Part shown: one piece after another, positions 48,041 through 64,000 of the stretch
Layout of the letters: every line of letters begins with the position of its first letter
Position numbering within the stretch: the first letter of the stretch is position 1
Assembly (NCBI GenBank): GCA_048213135.1
Contig: PS015063.1
Span: 44,281 to 108,280 of the forward strand
Length of the DNA: 64,000 nt
Direction of reading: 5' to 3'
From: Reclinomonas americana ATCC 50394
Taxonomy: Eukaryota
Notes under the pieces: model-generated
What the model saw: only the letters and a program-made list of their open reading frames with translations
Told to the model about the DNA's origin: nothing
Database searches by the model: none
Made by a program: the position numbers and the translations under genes

Positions 48041-49421
48041 ATCACAACGTGCGGACTCTTCTTCACTCACTCACCACTCACGGATGCCCAGTGGATCCTC
48101 GTCGTTTCATTCGCTGCTCTCCCTGCTCGCAACCCGCTGTTGCTGTGGTCGTGGCAGCCACCTCCTCCTCCTCTTCTGCATCGACAACTGGTCGCGCGGA
48201 TGAGAGTGGTGGCGGTGTGTCACTGGGAGACCTGCAGGGAAAGGCGTACTTGCCGCCACATGATCCCTCCAATGAGCAGAATAAGGTGTTGCCGGCGGGC
48301 GGCTACATTCCCGGTGAAGGAGTTGTGTGTGGGGCGATGGGGGAGAGTCTAGTGTTGCATGCAGAGTCTCCTCGTTCTTGCGTGCTTGTGAACTCCAGAG
48401 GGTTGACAGCTCCACACTTGGTGAACCTCCTTTCTGCTCGTGTTTCATCTCCTGGTGGTGAAGAAACCGTTGCCTTTGTTTGCGTCTTGCGTCGTAGTTG
48501 TTGTGAACTCCAGAGGGTCGATTGCTCCTCACTCACTTGGTGACGTTGTCTGGTTGTCTTTCATCTCTTGATGAAAAGCCTTGATTCGCTTCTTGCGTGG
48601 AGACGCTTTGGACTCTCCTGGTGCCTTTTGCTTGTCTTCGTTCTCTTGCAGAGTCCGTGGCATGTCTCCTCTCTTTTGTCTCCTCTGTCTTTTGCTTAGT
48701 GTGAACTCCAGAGGGTCGATTGCACCTCATCTGTCTCTTCGTCTCGCATCCCTTGACAGAGGATACCAATGCCTTGATATGCGTGGACACATGTTGGACT
48801 CTCCGTGTGACCCGCGCTTTCCTCTTACTCTTGCATCTCGGAGTGGCATTCTCTTGTCTCCTATCTCTCTTGGGCAATCGTGCCGATGTCTAGAATCGTG
48901 CTTGAGAGGCTCTCCTGCCGTCTTCCCTTTCTCCTCTCCTCCCTCTCCTCTCTCACCACCCCCATTTCCCTTTATCGCGCAGGTCCTCGTGTGTCAGGAC
49001 CTCCCCTCCAACCGCGACCAAACCGAGGTCGACAACCTCATCACCCACGAACTCATCCACGCCTTTGACGACTGCCGTGCCAAGCTCGACTGGACCAACT
49101 GCGTACACCACGCCTGCTCGGAGATTCGAGCGGCGAACTTGAGTGGCGACTGCAATTACAGTCGCGAGTTGCGCCGCGGCAACACGGCAGTCAAGGCGCA
49201 GCACCAGGTGCGGCGGTGGCGACGACTGTCTCCTGATTCTTGCTTGCCTTTTTTTCACCTCACTCCATCCTCTCATCCGCAAGGCCTGTGTGCGCCGGCG
49301 AGCCATCATCTCGGTCATCTCCAACGCCAACTGTTCCACCCGCGAGGCCGCCGAGGCCGCCGTTGATCGTGCGTGGGGTCCGTGCTTCCGCGACTGGTCG
49401 CCTTTTGGCAAGATTCCATAG
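48041..49421 (+). CDS. ATP23: Mitochondrial inner membrane metalloprotease ATP23 (peptidase M76); first exon not located
   Basis: Motifs IRCSPC...GGY, LVCQD, THELIHAFDDCRAKLDWTNCVHHACSEIRAANLSGDC, HQACVRRRA and CFRDWSPF. TAG at 49421. Confidence 0.95.
48385..48730. repeat. Dispersed ~26-bp direct repeats in the ATP23 intron
   Basis: gtgaactccagagggt(c/t)ga occurs at about 48388, 48503 and 48701. Confidence 0.75.
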
Positions 49422-49450
49422 GCTCGCGGTTACGCAAAAAGTCATTAACA

Positions 49451-49609
49451 AATAAACATATGCCCTCTTGCTCGTCGTCTGATTGCTTGTCTGTCTGTCT
49501 CTCTGTTTCGCATAATGGCCATTAGCAATGAACATACGCCCTCATGCTCGTCGTCACCGTCATGAATTTACCACACGTGCTCCTCACTCTCCATGTATAA
49601 ATAAATAAA
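49451..49609 (+). promoter_or_regulatory. Candidate polyadenylation signals (AATAAA) for ATP23
   Basis: aaataaa at about 49451 and ataaataaataaa at about 49597, downstream of the stop codon, in a window otherwise poor in this motif. Confidence 0.4.
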
Positions 49610-49763
49610 CGCTCTTTCTCTCTCTCTTTCTGACTCTCTCTCTCTCTCCACTTTCGCACTCACGGCATACATACAAACAAGGCTCAGTCTCCTCAACTAA
49701 AGGCCAGGGCCCTCCAGCAGAAAACAACAACACAACAACAGCGATTCTCTGCGCTCGAGCAAT

Positions 49764-60122
<10,359 letters not shown>

Positions 60123-60156
60123 TCTCTGTCACTTGGCTCACAAACACAAACACACG

Positions 60157-60198
<42 letters not shown>

Positions 60199-61026
60199 CT
60201 CTGCACGTGCGACTCTCGCTCTCTCTCTCGCACTGAGACCAAGATTCAAGATGTGTTCGGTTCAATGGAACAGTCAATGCAATGCGTTTTTTTGTTGTTG
60301 CGCGCATCTTTCGCCGTGTGCGGCTGAGCAGTGCGTGAGAGAAGAGGAATGTGTGGAGTGCGTTGCGTGAGGTGATTTCTGCATTTTGGGGGGTTTGGGT
60401 TTCGTTCAATTGCAGCGGCTCTCCTGTTTATATCGATATCGACAATTGCATGCAGTTGGGTCGTGCGAATTCTGAGATTGATGCATGAGCCGTGTGTAGA
60501 CCGGATCCGGCTTGCAGATTAAAAGCAATGATGACTGAATTCAAACCCATCATATATCATGACCGGTACCGTGGCCAACAATTTCTGCATAATAATAATA
60601 GAAACTTCACTGATCCATACACAATGAGCATCTACCAGTGATCGCCAACAAGTCTCGTGCTTGTTGATCGAGATATCCATTTGCAAACTGGGACACACTG
60701 CTGCGGTAAATGATCATCGTCTTGAGTGGGCACCAGAAACGCAGGTTCATGGAAATAGTGCCCATTTCCGAATTCGATGTGCCTTGCAGTTGTACGATAG
60801 CATTTGTCGCATTATTGGAATGTGGTGAATGAAGTGTTTGTTGTTTTGAGAAATAGCTTCATCTGCGACACCGGACTTCGATGCACATTGCCTGGCTCAA
60901 CAACAACAACAACAATTCATTCACCAACAAACAAGCAACAGCTGTCTTGATGACCAAGATCTTTCACATTTCATTTTTGGACTTCGGTGTCAAATCAATG
61001 CGAGCAGTTCTCTGCGCTCGAGCAAT

Positions 61027-64000
61027 TCACCAGCCCCAGTGCTTGGCCGCCCATCCTTCGTGACCCGTCTTCTGAATGACCTTCTTGCGGATGTAGTCAT
61101 ACACGAGATTGAGGATCATCCACGGAATGGTGATCAGGAACACCGGCGGGTACACAAGCATCGATCGCAGCACCACGTTGAACGGCAGCGTGTACACGAC
61201 AATGACAAAGATGATGAAAGAGGCGCCCATGGCCCAGTACGACCACTTGTTACTGTGGGGAGAGCAAGCAACGAACAGTCAGCACGAAAAACAGCAAGAG
61301 AGGGAGGGAGGGAGGGGAGGGAGAGGAGGGGAAGGGAGAGAGACAGACGGGAGAAGACGGGAGATACAGGGGGAGGGAGAGGAAGAAAAAAAGAGAAAGA
61401 GAGAGAGAGAGAGAGAAAGAGAGAGGAAAAAAGGGAGAAAGAAAGAGGAAAACAAATAGCAAGAGAGGGAAAAAGGCAAGAAGAGAGAGAGGGAGGGAGA
61501 GAGAAAGGGAGAGAGAGAGAAAAAAAGGAGAGAGACAGACGGGAAAGGGGAGGGAGAGAGAGAGAGGAAGAGGAAGAGAAAGAGAGAGAGAGGAGAAGGG
61601 CAAGAAGAGAGAGAGGGAGAGAGAGAGAGGCAGGCAACGAAACCAACTCGTTGTCCTCACTCTGTCTCTTGCCCCATGCAATACCCATCGTTACGCAACA
61701 CAAATGACGACCGATTCAGCGGGCAGTAACGCGTCTTGCACGCAAAAATGTTGGTGAATTGCATCAAGTTCAGCGCAATGTAGTATGCAGACTGTGCCGA
61801 GCGAATGATGAAATCTTGTGCGTCGGGATCCTGCACGCACATGATATAACGCGTCAGCCTCACAAACCACCACCTCAGCCGTGGCAGTTCACAAACGCAA
61901 CATAGACATGCCCGTTGTAAACAAAGTCCTTGGTGCCACCGGAGAGGAAATTGTTCTTGGCCACATTCAACAGTGCACTCGGCGACGTGATGCCGTGCAT
62001 CCAGAACACGGCAAAGTACGTGAACAGCGATGCGGCGGTCTCGATGACACCAATCTGCAGGAACGCATTGCGCAGCAGCTTGCCGTCGACAAGCTTCTCG
62101 TCATTGCGGCGCGTGTCGAGCGGATCGATGTTGCTCTGCTTCGGCGGCGGAGTATTGGCCTGACGAGCCAGACGCTGCGCGGGTGGCGAAGGGCCGGCAC
62201 TGGCTTCCTCCGACACGCGGAACACATCAGCGCCAACAGCCTGCAGAGGGGTGCGGGTCGGAGGTTTCGGCGGGATTACACGACGGCGCGGGAACCTGAG
62301 TGTGAGGGAAAAAAGAGGGAGATGCTGATGAATATGCAGGCGTATATACGCAACGTCGTCCCGCTCTCGTGAACGCAACTTGGTCATCAAATCGCCCTCA
62401 GCCGGTTCGTACGCCAGTGAAAAGGCTGGCGACAATAACTTGTGAGCAAAAAGAAGAGAGTGTAGCAATGCGCTACGCGTCACGCTTGCTCACCAGGCAA
62501 CAGCTCGGTACCCAGATCAGTGAACAGAATGAGCAGCGCAGACATGGGCAGCGGAATGCCAATCACAATGAACAGCAGGAACGGAATCACTTCCGGAATG
62601 ATGTGCGTGAGCGTGTAGTTGATCGACTTTTTCAGGTTCTCAAAAATCAGACGCCCTACCGAACAACATCAATGACGATGAGTGCGACAAAGGAGAGCAA
62701 GAGAGGCATGCTCAGTGACACCGCACCTTCTTGGACACCGACGGCGACTGTGGCAAAATTGTCATCCATCAAAATCATAGCGGCGGCCTCCTTGGACACA
62801 TCACTGCCGGAGATGCCCATCGAGATGCCCAAATCAGCCTGCCTCAACGCAGGGGAGTCATTGACACCGCCGCCTGCAAGCTGACAGCGTGAGCTGCGAA
62901 CGAGTGATATAATAGGACATTTCGTCAAGCTCCTCCTCACCAGTGACAGCGACGACGTGGCCCCATTCTTGGGCACGGCGCACGATTTCCAGCTTGTGCG
63001 CGGGTGATGTACTGTGGTGATTGAAGTGAGAAGCTGTGGAGAGAATACAGAAAGAGTGGACAAGCACCAACGACAACCTGACGCACAATATCTCCGCACA
63101 AAGAACGCCTCCAAGAAAGAAGAAGCGAGAGAGAGAAGGAAAAAAAGGAAAAGGAAAAGAAAAGGAGAAGAAGAAGTAGAAGCGAGAGAGAGAGAGACAT
63201 AGAGTGAGACAGACAGAGAGACAGAGAGAGAGATAGTGCAGGAGACCGAGAATCACACACATGAGCATAAACCTCTTTCCATTCACCTTCCCTTCTCCCT
63301 CACCCTTCTCTCTGCCATCTCCCTCTCCCTTTCTCCGGCAATCACTAACCGCGCAAAGATAACCTCCGCCTTGGACAAAATAGTGTACCACGTCCAATCT
63401 GTGAGCGAATCGATCTTGTCACCGTGAATGACGACGGCCTCGTAATCTTCTTCAGCCACTTGGTCCTCGGTGACTCCACGGATCATCGCCACGTCCTCAC
63501 GCTTGTGTCCACGGATAATGCCGACTTGGCGGCCAATGGCTTCGGCAGTGAGCGGATGATCACCCGTGACCATCATGACACGGATACCGGCGCGACGGCA
63601 CTGCAACGACACACAATTGAGTTACTGACACAATGGAGGCTGCGGTGAATGCAGGCATTGATACGTACCGTCTCAATGGCTTCTTGCACACCATGCTTCG
63701 GCGGATCCTGAGTGTTCGGCGAAAATGAGGACTCGGAATGCACACACACACACACACAGTCCATCTCTCTCCGCATCTCACCTCGAGGCCAATCATGCCA
63801 ACAAAGCAGTAGCCGTTCTCCGGGTAGTTTGGCGGCTCAATGGTGAATGTGTAGTCCGGCTGCGCCATTGGTCCGTGCAGCTCGAGGGTCGCAAAAGCGA
63901 GCACACGCTGACCCTTGCCAGCGATAGCCGTCAAGGCATCGTCGAATGCCTCAACAAAATCCTCGTTCACTGGTTGCAGGTTGCCGCCGAGGAAGAAGCT
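61027..64000 (-). CDS. P-type IIC ATPase, tandem copy 2 (3' half; continues beyond the window); hinge Asp replaced
   Basis: Near-identical exons and intron positions to copy 1. Reads [15 protein letters not shown], and the M6-M7 loop is 80 codons shorter. Confidence 0.9.

Noticed and set aside
48385-48730. Spaced direct repeats resembling a mini-CRISPR
   Set aside because: There are only three copies, spacing is irregular (about 115 and 200 bp), and they lie inside the ATP23 intron.

Overview
This window is a gene-dense, intron-rich, microsatellite-rich eukaryotic (protist-like) scaffold with many N-gaps. It uses the standard genetic code: TAA, TAG and TGA all end genes. Hand-splicing supports about 13 genes. 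In order: an XK-like membrane protein (partial), an intronless WD40 protein, a small membrane protein with 6-nt microexons, a 4-EF-hand protein, an exon-cassette repeat plus PH-domain protein, a tandem pair of unknown 4-TM proteins, a UBR1/PRT6-type N-degron E3 ligase, a coiled-coil-Ubl-Ubl-VIT-vWA protein, a beta-propeller/helical-barrel protein resembling a bacterial family, ATP23, and two tandem type IIC (Na/K-ATPase-like) P-type ATPases. The strongest unusual signal is in splicing. At least 19 GT-AG introns use a one-base-shifted donor (GTTGCG or GTTGAG), and in all 19 the last exon base is not G, whereas ordinary GTGCG/GTGAG/GTAAG donors mostly follow G. The ATPases carry non-canonical ion-site residues, and copy 2 has lost the TGDGVND aspartate. 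All gene models are manual and some boundaries are approximate.
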